Assembly (NCBI RefSeq): GCF_009914755.1
Contig: NC_060936.1
DNA: 64,000 nt
Reading direction: 5' to 3' (one strand)
Source of the DNA: the human T2T-CHM13v2.0 reference genome, Homo sapiens
Below the pieces are notes generated by a model that saw only the letters and a program-made list of their open reading frames with translations, made no database searches and had not been told where the DNA came from. Of this stretch, positions 1 to 17,013 are shown piece by piece. The translations under genes and the position numbers were made by a program. How positions within the stretch are numbered: the stretch's first letter is position 1; the number at the start of each line of letters is the position of its first letter.

Positions 1-540
1 TGAATGAATGAATAAGGAAATGTAGTGTATTTGTACAATGGAATACTATTCAGCCATGAAAAAGAATGAATTTCTGTCATTTTTGGCAGCACAGATGAAC
101 CTGGAGCATATTATGTTAAGTGAAGTAAGCCAGGCACAGAAAGACAAATATTGAATGATTACTCATATGTGGAATCTAAAAAAAAAATTGATCTCATAGA
201 AGTAGAACAATAGTGGTTACCAGAGGCTGTGAAAGGTAGGAGGTTTGGAGGGATAGGATGAGGTTAGTCAACAGATACAAAGTTATACTTAGATAGGAGG
301 AATAAATTCTAGTCTTCTATTGCACAGTCAGGTGACTGTAGTTAAAGATAATACATAGTATATTTCAAAATAGCTAGAAGAGAGGATTTTGAATGCTCTT
401 ACCAGAAAGAAATGATACGTTTGAGGTGATTGATATGTAAATTAGCCTAATTGCACATTATATGCATGTATCAAAACATCACACTGTACCCCCTAAATAT
501 GTACAATTATTATATGTCAACTGACAATAAAATAAAACTT
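1..540 (+). mobile_element. Old L1 (L1M-type) 3' end
   Basis: L1 3' motifs (gaatactattcagcc...aagccaggcacagaaagacaaata) ending in an A-rich tail. Confidence 0.8.
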
Positions 541-1355
541 CAAATGGAATGAGGTGATTTTTCAGGAAAAAACAAAATACTGTATAATATTCAGCTTAGA
601 GAAAAAAATCTCAACAGATCAATTACATAGACAAAATAAACTTTCAAAGATTTAGCCAGGTATCTTCCACCAAAACATCCCACATGGTTTGCCAGCAGGA
701 ATTGAACCAAAATTTTAGGAATTCTAGTACTTCAACATTTTTTTCTGGAACATTAAATAATACAGCTTTGTAAGTCCCTGTATTGAGGTACCCAAAGAGA
801 TCTCAATAATGGATAAAATATACAAACAGAAAATTAAGATATGCAGGCTCAAAAACAAATTAAACAGATCCATGCACTGGCAAATAGGACAGTAACACAG
901 AGTAACAATCCCAGGTAATGAAACAGGCAAACTAGGCTCAGCTTGCCATGGTAGATGGGCATTTGTCCTCTGCAGGGTAACTTGGTCTAAAAGCTGTCCT
1001 ATGCAGCCACCATTGTCACCAGAAACCAGAGGCAGCACCCAGGGTTCTTCTACCTGTGAAAGAAGGCTTAAAAATTATTGTTGCCTGGAGCAAGGCTTGC
1101 ATGAACTGTGGTGTTAGGGAGGAAAAGAACACAGCACAGTTTATGACCAGGAATTAAATTAAACTGTCCTCTGACAGCTTGGTAGCATATTTGCCATTTC
1201 TTCAATATCACCATGGGGCAGGAACCTTACATTGCCAAATGAAACCTGGTTCAGGATGGAGTGGACTAAGTGGAACGGTGCCAATAGGCTGGCTGGTAGG
1301 AGAGTGAACAGAGAGAGAAAGAGAGGGACAGGGAGGAGGAAAAGGGGGTTTGTTA

Positions 1356-1717
<362 letters not shown>

Positions 1718-2089
1718 GGTAAAATCCGTAAATCAACATTAAGTGGGAGTTATAGTCAATGGGCAGTTAAAGTGTGTTAAGCTTGTTTCATTTGTGACTT
1801 TAGTCTTTTTATACAAAGATTAATTGAATATATAGCTAAAACTTCATGGGAAACCTCTGGAAGAATAGAAAGACAATCAGCACAGAGGAGGGTGAAAAAA
1901 TATACAAAACATTTTCAATCCAACAGAAATCAGGGAAGAAAGTAAAGCAGCAAATAAAAAGGATGGTAAGCAAAACACAAAAATAAGTGTTAAAAGTTGT
2001 TAAAAGTCTATGCTATTTATGCCAATAAATATAAATAAACATTAGTTATATTAATAATAGATTATATTTATAGATTAATTATATTATAG

Positions 2090-2935
2090 ATTATATTAAT
2101 TTCCTAGGGCTGCCATAAGAAATTATTATAAACTTGGTGGCTTAAATAACCAAAGCTCATTCTCTCACAATTCTGGAAGGCAGAAGTCCAAAATCAAGAT
2201 ATCAGCAGGGAAAGTGCTCCCTCAGGATTCTAGGGGAAGATCCTTCCTTGCCTCTTCCAGCTTCTGGTGGCTTCAGGCATTCCTTGGCATGTGATATGGT
2301 TTGGCAGTGTGTCCCCATCCAAATCTCATGTTGAATTGTAATTCCCATTGTTGGAGATGGGGCCTGGTGGGAGGCGATTGGATCGTGGGGATGGTTGCTA
2401 ATAGTTTAGCACCATCCCCTTAGTGCTTTCTCCTGAGAGAGTTCTCACGAGATCTGATTGTTTAAAAGTGTGTAGCACCTCTCCTTTTGCTCGCTCTCTC
2501 TCTCCTGCTGGCCACGTGAAGACGTGCTTGCCTCCCTTTTACCTTCTAGCATGATTATTTTATAAGTGTTCTGAGGCCTCCCCAAGCATGCTTCCTATAC
2601 AGCCTGCAGAACTGTGAGTCAATTAAACCTCTTTTCTTCATAAATTACCCAGTCTCAGTTAGTTCTTTATAGCAGTGTGAGAATGGACTAATACAGCATG
2701 TAACTGCATAACTCCAATCTCTACCTCTTTCACATGGCGTTCTGTTCTCTCTCTTTTGGTTATCTCTTAGAAGGACATTTGTCATTGGATTTAGTGCCCA
2801 TCTGAATAGTCCAAGATGATCTTATCTCAAGATCCTTAACTTGACTACATCTACTTTGTCCAAATAAGGTCACATTCACAGACTATGGGGGTAAGGAAGT
2901 GGGCACACCTTTTTAGACACCACCATTCAAACCAT
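2090..2935 (-). mobile_element. MLT1-type MaLR LTR, interrupted by an MST LTR
   Basis: MLT1-like sequence on both sides of 2292-2695. Confidence 0.7.
2292..2695 (+). mobile_element. MST-type MaLR solo LTR
   Basis: TG...CA ends (tgatatggtttgg...ctaataca) with exact 5-bp TSD GCATG. Confidence 0.9.
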
Positions 2936-2942
2936 GAAATAA

Positions 2943-3261
<319 letters not shown>

Positions 3262-3264
3262 TGA

Positions 3265-3612
3265 TGTATTAGTTCGTTTTCATGCTGCTGATAATGACAT
3301 ACCTGAGACTGGGCAATTTACAAAAAAAAAAAAAAAAGGTTTATTGGACTTACAGTTCCATGTGGCTGCGGAGGCCTCACACTAGAAGGTGAAAGGCACG
3401 TCTCACATGGTGGCAGATGAGAGAAGAGAAGAGAGTTTGTACAGGGAAACTCCCATTTTTAAAACCATCAGACCCTGTGAGACTCATTCACTATCATGAG
3501 AACAGCGCAGGAAAGACCCGTCCCGATAATTAAATCACCTTTCACCGGGTTCCTCTCACGACATGTGGGAACTGTGGGAGTTACAATTCAAGATGAGATT
3601 TGGTGGGGACAC
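3265..3612 (-). mobile_element. THE1/MST-type MaLR LTR
   Basis: tgtattagt...gagactgggcaatttac...gagatttggtggggacaca antisense LTR motifs. Confidence 0.85.
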
Positions 3613-6002
3613 AATGTTGATGTAGCAATCATTAAAGCAGATAGCTAATTACTTGCATTTTCACTTTCTTTCCAATGTATTTTATTGAACAGTTCTTATA
3701 GAGACAAATTTATCAACTACTGGAGCTTCACAGTCAGCCCTAATAGCTAGTAGGTCAAGGTTCTCTTCCTTCCTTTTTTTCTTTAGAAGATACTGACTTC
3801 TTTCAGCCTTGTTCTTTGACATCAACTAAGATAAAATATTTAAATAGAACTGTTATGTTGATGGATAGAAAGACAGTAACATAAACATGACAATTCTCCC
3901 CAAAATGATCTATAGACTTAACAAAATCCAACAACGATTCTAATGAGGTGTTCGTGGTACTTGATAAGCTGATTCTAAAATAAATGTTCTCTTTCATTCA
4001 GCAATTAAATGTCTAGTAATATATCCTACGCAGTTACACATGTACAGAAAATGAATGTACAAGGAGATTTACTGTTGCATTGTTTATACCAGAAAAAAAG
4101 ATTAGAAATAACCTAATGCCAACAAAGATGAAATCAATTAATTATGGAACATGTATAAGAAAAAATACCATTAAAAAATGTAAAGACCAAAGCAGCACCA
4201 CATAGATATAAAATGTCATAAGCTTCAGCATACATTGTTAAGTGCAGAATAAAGGAAAAGAAGAATAATTAAAGTTATCCTTAGTTATACTTTTGTACTA
4301 TTGATTTTAATTATAATCAGTGTCACTAATGTTTATTGAGCATTTATTATGAGCCAGGAAGTTTTCTAAGTGACAGAGCATGGCTGAGATGGTTTTAGCC
4401 TGATGGAGTGTGGAGAGGTGGTATTCACAGTCATCAGCCATTGCCAGAGAGAAGGCAGTGGATGGGGGTAGCACATACAAGCATTTAACCTGGGGAATTC
4501 AGCCTTGTGTTTAAAAAGAGGGAGACAAACAGGTCAACACTGTGGAAATAGTGTAGGCAGTCCCAGTCACCATTCAGCTCAATGAGCACCTGGTCAGAGG
4601 AGAGGGATCCATGGGGAGATGAACACTGTAACAGTAATTAGGAGATGTTTGGCCAAGCGGCTCAAAGGAGAAGAACAGGGTACGCTGAAAGTCTATCATA
4701 TAAGGAATGATTTGGTTGGGACTCTTTTGGTTGTGAGTAGCAGAAACAAAACTAGAATTGCTTTAAGCAAAAAAAAGGTGAATTTTTTGGCTGACATATC
4801 TGAAAATCCTAAGAGAAGAGCCAACTTCAGGCATGGTTAAACCCAGCCACTCCAAAGGCATCACTGGGACTCTCCCCTTCATTTGTCAGCTGTTTCCATC
4901 CACGTGGGATTCAGTCTCAGCCAGGCTCCCCTCTCAGGTGACTTCCGGTAGATTCAGCATTTCACCCATCAGTTTCAACTGCCCTTTGCAAGAATTCTAA
5001 CAAAAGCTCTAGCTAGGTTTGAGCCGCATGTCCACTCACTGGAACTAGTGATGGGGTCAATTCCATATAGTTCAAACACATAAAGTAGATGCTATCAAAG
5101 GAAAAACATAGCTGTTTTTAATGAAATGAGTGTGAATAGATATTGAAAAAACCAAACTCACAGATGTCTACAATGGGGCTTAACTATTAATAGTTTGGAA
5201 TCTGAGGAATAGCTATTATGGGAATTTGGCATTTAAGATGGCATTAAGATTTAGGAAATGCTATCAAATATGAAAATATAGTGATTATATGCATTAAGTG
5301 ATGCATCACTTAATGACAGGGATAGTTCTGAGAAATCTGTTGTTAGGCAATTTCATTGTTGTTCAAACATCATAGAGTACACTTACATAAACCTAGATGG
5401 TATAGTCTACTACGCACCTAGGTTATGTTATATGGCTTATTGCTCCCATGCAACAAACATGTACAGCATGTGACTGTACTGAATACTGTAGATGATTATA
5501 ACCTCATGGAAAATATTTGTGTATCTAAACACATCTAAACATAAAAAGGATACAGAAAAAATGCTGGATAAAAGATGAAAATGGTACACCTCTATAGTAC
5601 ACTTATAATGGAGCTGGTAGGACTGGAAGTTGGTCTGGGTGAGTCAGTGAGTGGTGAGTGAATGGGAAGGCCTAGGACAGTACTGTACACTACTGTAGAC
5701 TTTATGAACACTATACACTTAGGCCACACTAAATTTATAAATAATATTTTTCTTTCTTCAATAATACATCAACCTTACTTTACTGTAACTTTTTTACTTT
5801 ATACACTCAATTTTTTTTAATCACTCATATTTATTCATATATTGCCCCCTTTGTCCCGGATATCATACAGCCAAAATCAAAATAGGTGAAATTCTATGGT
5901 ATTTTACAGATCCTTCAGTGGTGAGGCAGGCAATGACTGCAGCTAGTAGCCTAATTTCCCCAGGTGAATTATCAGACCAGCCATTACCTCCAAAGGAAGC
6001 TT

Positions 6003-7438
<1,436 letters not shown>

Positions 7439-7613
7439 CTATACACTTAATTTTTTAAAAAACTTTTTGACTCTTGTAGTAACACAGCTTAAAACAAACA
7501 TTATACAGCTGTACAAAAATAGTTTCTTTTTTCATCTTTATTCTATATGCTTTTTTCTAATCTTTGAATTTATTGTTTACTTTTTAATGTTTTTTATTAA
7601 AAACTAAGACACA

Positions 7614-7881
7614 GGCGGGGCACAGTGGCTCATGTCTGTAATCCCAGCACTTTGGGAGGCCAAGGTGGGCAGATCTCTCAGACCAGCCTGGGCAACATGG
7701 TGAAACTCTGTCTCTACAAAAAATACAAAAATGAGCCAGGAGTGGTGGTATGTGCCTGTAGTCCCAGCACACTGGGAGGATTGCTTGAACCCAGGAAGCA
7801 GCAGTTGCGGTGAACCGAGTTTGTGCCACTGCATTCCAGCCTGGGTGACAGAGCAAGACTCTGTCTCCAACAACAACAATG
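7614..7881 (+). mobile_element. Alu (J-type)
   Basis: Alu consensus; TSD aaaactaagacaca on both sides. Confidence 0.93.
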
Positions 7882-8694
7882 AAAACTAAGACACAAACAC
7901 ATACATTAGCCTAGGCTTACACAGGGTCAGAATCATCAAGATGTCGCTAGGTGATTTTTCAACTCCATCATAATCTTATGGAACCACCATCACATATGCA
8001 GTCTGTTGTTGACTAAAACGTCATTACGTGGTGCATGACTGTATTTACCACTCTTCTGAATAAAGGTTCTTGGAGGTGCTCTGCTGCTTAGTATTGCTTC
8101 TACCCTTATGTGATGGTACTCACATAAAGTGTCATCTACACCGGGAATAGTGGAAGTGTATGCTAGCTAGCCTTGTCTTTTATTTTTGCCTTTACCTTGC
8201 ATCTGCCCCAGAGTATAGGGACAGTGTCTTATTCTTGTTATATTCCTAGCACTTAACCCAGTGCCTAGTCTGTAGTCGGGAATCAATAAGTATTTGACAA
8301 TCAGTGGATACACTGATGAATAAAATATAATTTTTTAAAGTATCCTTTGTCATTGGATCTGCTAAACTGTATTCTTGCAGTGAGCCATTTTGTCTGCCCA
8401 CTCAACTTGCCATTCTTTTTTCTAGTCTCCCTGGCTTTCCAACCCTTGGTTTTGCATCCTGGTTCCTGATAACCACTTCAGGCCATTCATGTTTTGATGA
8501 CTCATTTCAATCCTGTGTTGGATATTCTTCATTCTTCCATAAAGGATGAACCCACAGTTTTTATGTAGGCATATGGTTGCTCAGTTTAAAAACTATATCT
8601 CCCAGTCTCCCTTGTAGCTAAGTATGGCCATATGACTTAGTTCTGGCTGATGGGAGGTAAGCAGGGGTGGCCTATGGCAACTTCCAGGAAGCTT

Positions 8695-9222
8695 CTATGG
8701 TTGCTATCCTCCAAAGATGGCCCCCAGCAATTCCCCTTCACCCTGTATGTGCATGCCATTCTCACATCAAGAGGTGGAACATGTCCACCCCTTCTCTGGG
8801 CTGGCCCTGTGACTGCTTTGACCAATAGGATATAGTAGCAGGGACATCTTGGGACTTCCAAGCTTGGGCCTTAAGAGGATTGGCTGCTTCTGTTTCCTTC
8901 TTCTCCACATACTTATGTTCAGAATGATCCTTTTTGAACACAACTTCCATGCTACAAGGAAGCTCAAGCAACTGTGAGGAAGAACCCTCATGAAGGAGAG
9001 CAGGCTTCAGGCCATGACCCTGGCTGAGCTCCTAGCTAATAGCCAGTGCCAACTTGCCAGCCATGTGGTTGCAGTCATTTTGGATCTATCAACTGTGTCA
9101 GAATGCTGGCCAACACCATGAAAAGCCATCTACCCACAGAATCATAACATATGATAAGTTATTGTTATGTGAAGCCACTAAGTTTTGGGGTGGTTTGTTA
9201 TGCTGCAATAGAAAATTAACAC
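8695..9222 (+). mobile_element. MLT1-type LTR
   Basis: Ends aagccactaagttttggggtggtttgttatgctgcaatag, a typical MLT1 3' end. Confidence 0.7.
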
Positions 9223-9249
9223 ATCTTTCTTAAAATATAGTTACATAAT

Positions 9250-9612
9250 CCTGTAATTTTGATATTTGTCCCTTCCAAACCTCATGTTGAGATTCCTCAT
9301 TAATAGATCAATGCCTTCCCCCTCGGGGTGAGTGTGTTCTCACTCTATTAGTTCCTACGAGAGCTAGTTGTTAAAAAGAGCCTGGCACCTCCTCTACTCT
9401 CTCTTGCTTCCTCTCTCACCCTCTGATCTCTGCACACACTGGCTCCCTTTGCCTTCTGCCGTGAGTGGAAGCTTCCTGAGGCCCTCATCAGACCCAGATG
9501 CTGGTGCCATGCCTGTACAACCTGTAGAACTGTGAGCCAAATAAACCTCTTTTCTTTATAAATTATTCAGCCTCAGATATTCCTTTATAGCAACACTAAA
9601 TAAACTAAGCCA
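9250..9612 (+). mobile_element. MST-type LTR
   Basis: ccaaacctcatgttga...gaactgtgagccaaataaacctcttttc motifs. Confidence 0.75.
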
Positions 9613-10636
9613 TACACTCTTTGCCTCTTCTTTTTCCCTTTGTTCTTCCATATACATGATGACCAGAGCTGGAGCCACCATCTTGGACTCTGAAGTAATC
9701 TTGGAAATGGAGATCATGCAAGAGAAAATAAGTTGAAATATCTCTACTTCACACACTTATATTAAAAAATTAAACTTATATCCTGAATAAGCCACTGTTA
9801 TTCTGAATCTTTTACTCCAGCTGAACCAATTCTAACTAATGTAGACTCCTTTGGTACCACTCAGATGGTAAATTTTGCACATCCCCTTGGTTTCTTCAGT
9901 TTGCTTGTTCTTTTATTTTTAAATTAATGTTTGTTTTATCAGACAGACACAGCTATACAGTTTTAAAACTCAAATGATTTGGGAGTTCCAGTTACTGACA
10001 AAATAATATTAGCTTAGCCTCACCAATTTTTTCCTCCAAATCCCTCCTCATAAATTTCACAAAAGCCTGAAACTATGTTTATGAAACTAACATAAACACA
10101 TTTAAAAATCTATGGTATAACAGTAGGTGTTTAGGTCCTGATGTGAGGGAGAAGTAGAAGCCCAGAGCCCAGCATGGCTGAGTCCCACGGATGGTGGCAG
10201 GAAGATATGTTTCAAAGAGACTTTTAGATGCACCGTTTGCTCTTTAACATTGTCCTAAGTGGACATGTGTCCACCCCAATGCCACAGCGAAGCAGAAAAA
10301 GCAGCCAGTCTAGTACTGCCAGAGTTGCCAAGATAACATCAGAGTAGGCACTGTAGCCAAGCTGGGTAGTTAAGAACCGGTTAACAGTGGGTACAAGTAA
10401 ACTGCTCAGCCCCTTAGCATTCCTTCCTCCCTCTACCCTGCTTTATAGTGACTCCTCCTTCACAGACAAATCTTGAAAACAAGGGGGTCCAGATGGAAGT
10501 CCAAACTGTAACATCCTGAGCTCTCTCTTGCTCTCTTTCTCTCTGCTCCCTCAATGCCAAATTTATCAAGAAAGATAGAAGCTAGGGCTTATGCTTTAGC
10601 CTTTCTCACTGGCTCAGGCATCTAGTACCTCTAGGA

Positions 10637-10847
10637 CGGAATTTCTCAACCTTAGCATTATTGAAATTTTGGCCAAATAAGTTTTTGTTGTGGGAGGATT
10701 TCCTGTACATTATAGGATTTTTAAGTGCATCCCTGGCTTTTACACACTAGAGCCAGTAGTAATACTCCTCCACCCTCCACCACAGGTGATGACAACCAAA
10801 AATTTCTTCTGTTGGGGCAAATTTACCCCAGGTTGAGAATCTCTATT
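10637..10847. mobile_element. MER20-like hAT DNA transposon
   Basis: ttctcaacct...aggttgagaa terminal inverted motifs. Confidence 0.7.
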
Positions 10848-13181
10848 CTAGAAGAATAGGTATAGGGCCACTGCATTGCAGTGTGACAGCTCTGAATTTG
10901 AACTCCTAGGAAAAAAATATACTCCTGGGTATAATTAGCCACTGATATAAGAGAAAAGCAACTAATGGAAAAATCTAATCTTAGATAAAGCAAACTTAGC
11001 AGACCAGACAGAACAAGAAAGCATATTAAACAGATAAGAAAGGATACTGTGAAGCCAAAGGCATAATGAAGCCCCAAGAAGAATTTCTGAGTATAAAAAA
11101 TTGAAACAAAAACTCAATGGATTGACTATTGATTAGTAGATTGAATAGCAGAATACATAGATAAGAAATCAAAGTAGTGGAGTATTAGTTCCAGATAGCA
11201 TCATTATGGGTTTTATAGTTGTAATATAAAAAAGAAAAGAGATATGGAAAATAGAAACAGAAGCACCAACATTCAATTAATAGAAGTCTCAGAAGAAAAG
11301 AAAAAATAACAAGAGTAGAATATTTAAAGAAAGAGTAAACAGAGAATTTCTCAGATTAGAGAGGTTTTTAAGACCTCAAAGTACAAGTACTCCTAACAAG
11401 ATAAGGAACATAAGAAAAAAACATACCTAGATACATGTTCATATCATTTAAGCACATCAGAGACATTGAGAAAATTCTAAACACTTCGAGATACAAAACA
11501 AATTGCCTGAAAAGGAACAAGAATCACCAACATCAGGTTTCTCAACAGTGACATCTACAAGGAAACCACAGAGTAATATTTTCAGTATTAAAGTAAAAGA
11601 ACTTAGGACCTAAAATTCTAAATCCAGCTAAACTATCATTTAAATATGATAATTAATAGTAATATTTAATGTTAATAATTCATGTTTGCCATAGAAACAC
11701 CCTCTTTGAAAATATTCAAGGAAGTGCTCTAGCAAGAAGGAAACAAGGAGGATGTGGTCAAAAATGGAAGGGTGAATAAATAATTTGGTAAATTCTGTTG
11801 TAAAACTCAGCAACCATTACAATGAAATAAGCAAACAAAACATGTATGTGACAATCGATAATTAAAAATGATTAGATAGATTGAAATGTCTCTTGCTTGA
11901 AATTATACATTCAATTTTATTCTTTGGGTAGTCATTCATAACTTACTAAAACAAAAACCTGGTTTAATTTTACCCTTTCTAATGGCAAGTAGTAAGAGGA
12001 AATAAAAGGAACAGAAAGTGTGGTAAATAGAATACATGAAAGGAAGGTCATATGTATAAAATTCACTAGTATAAAAAGATAAAGATGCAGAGAGGATTAA
12101 TATCTAATGTTATCTATGAGAGAAACACTTAAAGCAAGAGAATACAAAAAGATAAAAAATACAAGAAGGGAGATAAATACACCAGAGAAATAGGATCTTA
12201 AAGAGAGCAATTTTATTATCAGAACAAATAGATATGTGACAAAGAAGGAAGCTTTATATTTGTAAGGCATATTTCAACAGATATATGATCACACCTGTAT
12301 ATTCACCTAAGAAAGCACTGAAACACATATTTTTAAATGACAATTGAAAGAAATAACTAAGTCAGCAAGTATAGTTGGTAGTATGAGACACACAAGTGTA
12401 AGCATTTGTCATACTCATGGAACTGTAAATGAGATCTGTGCATTTCACTAAATGTAAATCATCCCTTCTCTCAGTTCTAGTCCTCCAAGAAGCAGGAGAC
12501 AAAGCAAGATTAGACATGCAAGAAATGTATTGGGAGAAAAATTCCTGTGAAGGGTAAAAAAGAGTAGAAAAAGATGGGGAGAATCGTCACATGGTAACGC
12601 CTGACTCATATCTGTGAAAGGAAAGGGGGAAGGAAGAAAGATTAGGTAGGACAACTCTCAGTCTGCAGCAACGTTCTAAAAATGGTTCAGCCGGGCAAAC
12701 GGGGGGCCTTCAGACAAAGCTTGCATTCTGCAAGAATGCACCGGCGCTATTACCACTACTGTACCCAGTCACTGGGAGCCATAGGTAAGACTGTGATGGT
12801 AGCCACAGAGAGGCAGCAGCAGCAGCTGTCAGTCAACCATGCTCCCACAGCAGATTCTCTTAAAAGAGATCTGAGTCACACGTCTACCTGACTGCCACAT
12901 ACCTCAGCAAAGTTATGAAAAAAAAAATCCAATAGTGTTCCTCTATACTAGCAATAACCACGTATAAAACAGGATAAACAAGATAGCATTAATAATAGAA
13001 ACGGAACCATAAGTTCCTGACTAAATTGAACAAACTAAGGCAGACTTTTACCAACAAACTTAAAGGACATATTTTTTTAAAATAAATGAACAGATTATTC
13101 CATGTTTATATGTGGAGTGACATGTAAACATACTGATTCAACTCAACAATTTAATGCAAGTTCAATTGAAATTACTCAAAG

Positions 13182-13627
13182 GGCTGGGCATGGTGGGTCA
13201 CGCATGTAATCCAAGTATTTTGGGAGGCTGAGGTGGAAGGATCGAGTGAGCCCAGGAATTCAAGAGCAGCCTGGGCAACATAATGAGACCCCGTCTTTAA
13301 AAAAAAAAAAAAAATCAAAAAATTAGCTGGGTGATGGTGTGTGCCTGTAGTCTCAGCTACTCAGGAAGCTGAGGCAGGAGAATCAGTTGAGCCCTGGGAG
13401 GTCGAGGCTTCAGTGACCTGTGATTGTGCCACTGCACTCCAGCCTGGGCAATGGAGGGAGGGAGGGAGGGATGGAAGGAGGGAAGGAAGGAAGGGAAGGG
13501 AGGGAAGGAGGGAAAGAAAGAAGAGAAAGAAAAAAAGGGGGTAGGGAGGGAGGAAGGAAGGAAGGAAGGAAAGGAAGAAAGGAAGAGAAGGAAGGGAGGG
13601 AGGAAGGAAGGAGAAAGAAGGAAAGAA
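13182..13627 (+). mobile_element. Alu (J-type) with a GGAA/GGGA low-complexity tail
   Basis: Alu to ~13451, then a pure purine-rich tract; TSD-like gaaattRctcaa on both sides. Confidence 0.9.
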
Positions 13628-15836
13628 ATTGCTCAAGGATTTTTGATAAATTTGACAAATTTCTTCTAAAATAAATATATATGAAAAATTTAATTCCATG
13701 AACCACTAAGCCAGTTTTGAAAAAGAAGAGAAAGGGAAACTTGCTTTACCAGATATAAAAAATGTTACAAAGACATAGTGATAAAGGTAGAATGGAACCA
13801 GGTCAGGAAGAAGCAAACAGATGAAAGAAAATGACTAAAGAGTGCCTATATGGGAAATTAGAGTATGATTGTGGTGGTGCCACACACCAGTGGGGAAAAT
13901 ATAGATTATTTAACAGATAGTTGCTGTGGACTGAATTATGAATTGTGTCCTTCCAAAATTATATGTTGAAGCTCTAGCCCCCAGTGTGACTGTATTTGGA
14001 GGCAGGGCCTTTAGGAGGTAATTCAGGTTTAAGGAGGTCATCAGAGTGGAGCCCTAAGCCGACAGGATTGGTGGCCTTATAGGAAGAGGGAGGAGCTTCC
14101 AGGTTGGTGAATACCTTGAGATTTGGGAGGGTGGCACCCAAGAGAAGACATGACAGTTCTGGACATACAGACACGCGCATCCCCCTGCTTCCCCACAGCT
14201 TGCCCTACACATCTCTTCCATTTGGCTATTCCTGAGTTGAAATGTCCATGTCTGTTTCATCACCATCACACCAGCATTAAAAACTACCTTTATAAAAACT
14301 GGAACCAATTTGGTGGGTTCAATGCCTTGTTGGTCCTAGAACTGTCTATGTGACAGCTGGGGTGGGGGTCAGACTGCAGGGCATCACCTGCACATGGGTC
14401 ACCTTGGGCCAGTTACAGGATCTGCCTTTAACTAAGAGGCATGAACAAGAGACAGAATCCAGCAGCTGGATTGACTGATCCATCTCTCACTGCCCCCAAG
14501 CAGAGGAAAAGGGTTTCTAGAGTCGTGGACCATGCTTTGAAATGCTTTTCTTGGCAAAAGAATGTGTCAGCCATCTAGACCACAAAGATACCAGGAAGCA
14601 TCTGTTCTGCACTGAATAGCATCTGCGTCTTGAATTTCCTCTGGATCATCTTGGGCCACTCCAGTTAGATACCCATACGGCTGTCTTTGGGTGTGGAGAG
14701 TGGATGAGCCTTTATGAGCAATCAAGGAAGAATCTTTTGTGTGGTGGGATCCTACTGGGGAGCCTTCCCCACAAGCAGCCTCCCTACTGTTTTAGAGAAC
14801 TAGACCATGACCTTCCATAAGTGTGTTTTCCAGGCCAGTGTGCCATAGCTGCTTTAACTCCTGCTAGGTATAAATCAGGCACCTGGCTACAAGTGATACC
14901 TGGGTGTTGTATTTTTATGGTCCAAAGAGTTGAGTTTCTTCTCACCATGATTAATGAAGATTTTTCTCCCTGAAAAACAGGCAAGCATACATAAATTTTG
15001 TGCACTAGTATTAAAAAAAAAGGGAGAAATCTCTTTCTCTATCTCCCTGCCCACACACTAAGGAAAGGCCATAGGAGGACATAGCAAGAAGGTGGCTGTC
15101 CACAAGCTAGGGAGAGAGCCTTCACCAGACACAGAATTGGCAGAATTGAACATCTCACCTCAGGAACTGTGAGAAAATCATTTTCTGTTGTTTAAACCAC
15201 CCAGTCTATGGCATTTTTTAATGGCAGGACAAGCTGACTGAGACATGTTTTGATGGAAAAAGAATGGTTAACCATACTGGAAAAACATTGCAAAACAATA
15301 CAAAGGCGAACTACAGATGGACTAAGTGCCTAGATGGAATGATAAAAGGTCAAGTGAATGAAAGAAAAATGAATGTAATGCTGGAGACAGGAATTCTTAA
15401 ATAAGACCCTCAAAGAGCAAACCATAGAATGGAAAAAATCGGAAGTACCATCCTATTACCTTTGCCATGTTCTATCACTAGAGGGGAGCCACTAAGTCTG
15501 GCCCACATTCAAGGAGAGAGGATTATGCAAATGTATGAATCCCAGGAGGCAGGGATCACTGAGAGCCATTTTAGAAGATGCCTAACACGGGCAGTTCACA
15601 AAGCACAAAATGCAAAAGTCAAACACAAGAAAATGTGCTGAGTACCCACTAGTATTCAACAAAATACAAATTAAAACAGCAATTATTCATTTTTACTCAA
15701 CATTTGGCTTTAAAAATTGTTCTTAAGTAATAACATTGAGTGCACAGAAGGGCATTGCAGAAACTGGCACTTTCATGTATTGGTGGTAGAACTGTGAACT
15801 TTTAAACTTTTGGGGAAAGCAATGCATCAAGGTCAT

Positions 15837-16256
15837 TGATATGGTTTGGATATTTGTTGTCCTCAAGTCTCATGTTGAAATGTGATCTCCCCAGTGTTCG
15901 AGGTGAAGCCTAGTGGGTGTTTGGGCCACAGAAGCACATCCCTCATGGATGGTTTGGTGCCCACCCCAAGGGAAGGAGTGAGCTCTCACTCTGTTAGTTC
16001 ACACAAGAGCTGGCTGCTTCAAAGAGCCCAGCACCTCCTGTATTCTCTCTTGCTCCCTCTATTTCCGTGTGACTCACCTGCTCCTCCTTCACCTTCCACC
16101 CTGAGTAAAATCTTCCTTAGGTCTCGCCAGAAGCCAAGCAGATGCTGGTGCCATGCCTGTACAGCATATGGAACCGTGAGCTAAATAAACCTCTTTTCTT
16201 TATAAATATCTGAGTCTCAGGTATTCCTTCATGGCAACACAAAACAGATTAACACA
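15837..16256 (+). mobile_element. MST-type solo LTR
   Basis: TG...CA ends, TSD gtcat/gtcac. Confidence 0.85.
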
Positions 16257-16583
16257 GTCACTAAAATATTAAATGGTTTGGCAATCCCCTTCACAGCAAT
16301 CTATTTCATAGAAATAAAAGCACTAGTACTTGCTAGTACAAGGATGGTCTACTGTAACATTATCTCTGAGGGCAAAAAAAAAAAAAGTCCCCTAGAAGCA
16401 AAGTGAAGGACCTTCAATAAGGGAAAGATTGGAGAAATTTTGGTACAACCAAACTATGAAATATTCTTATCCGATTTGTTTATGTTTGATCATAGCAAAA
16501 GGTTTGGAATCACATGCACCAAACTATTAATATGTGTTACCACAATAGAATTATAGAGGGAAAGGTAGATTATTAATTTTTAA

Positions 16584-17013
<430 letters not shown>

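Noticed and set aside
2754-2766. tttggttatct resembling the start of miR-9
   Set aside because: Partial match only, within an MLT1 LTR, with no precursor hairpin.
13341-13706. Stack of ORFs on both strands
   Set aside because: Artefact of the GGAA low-complexity tract.
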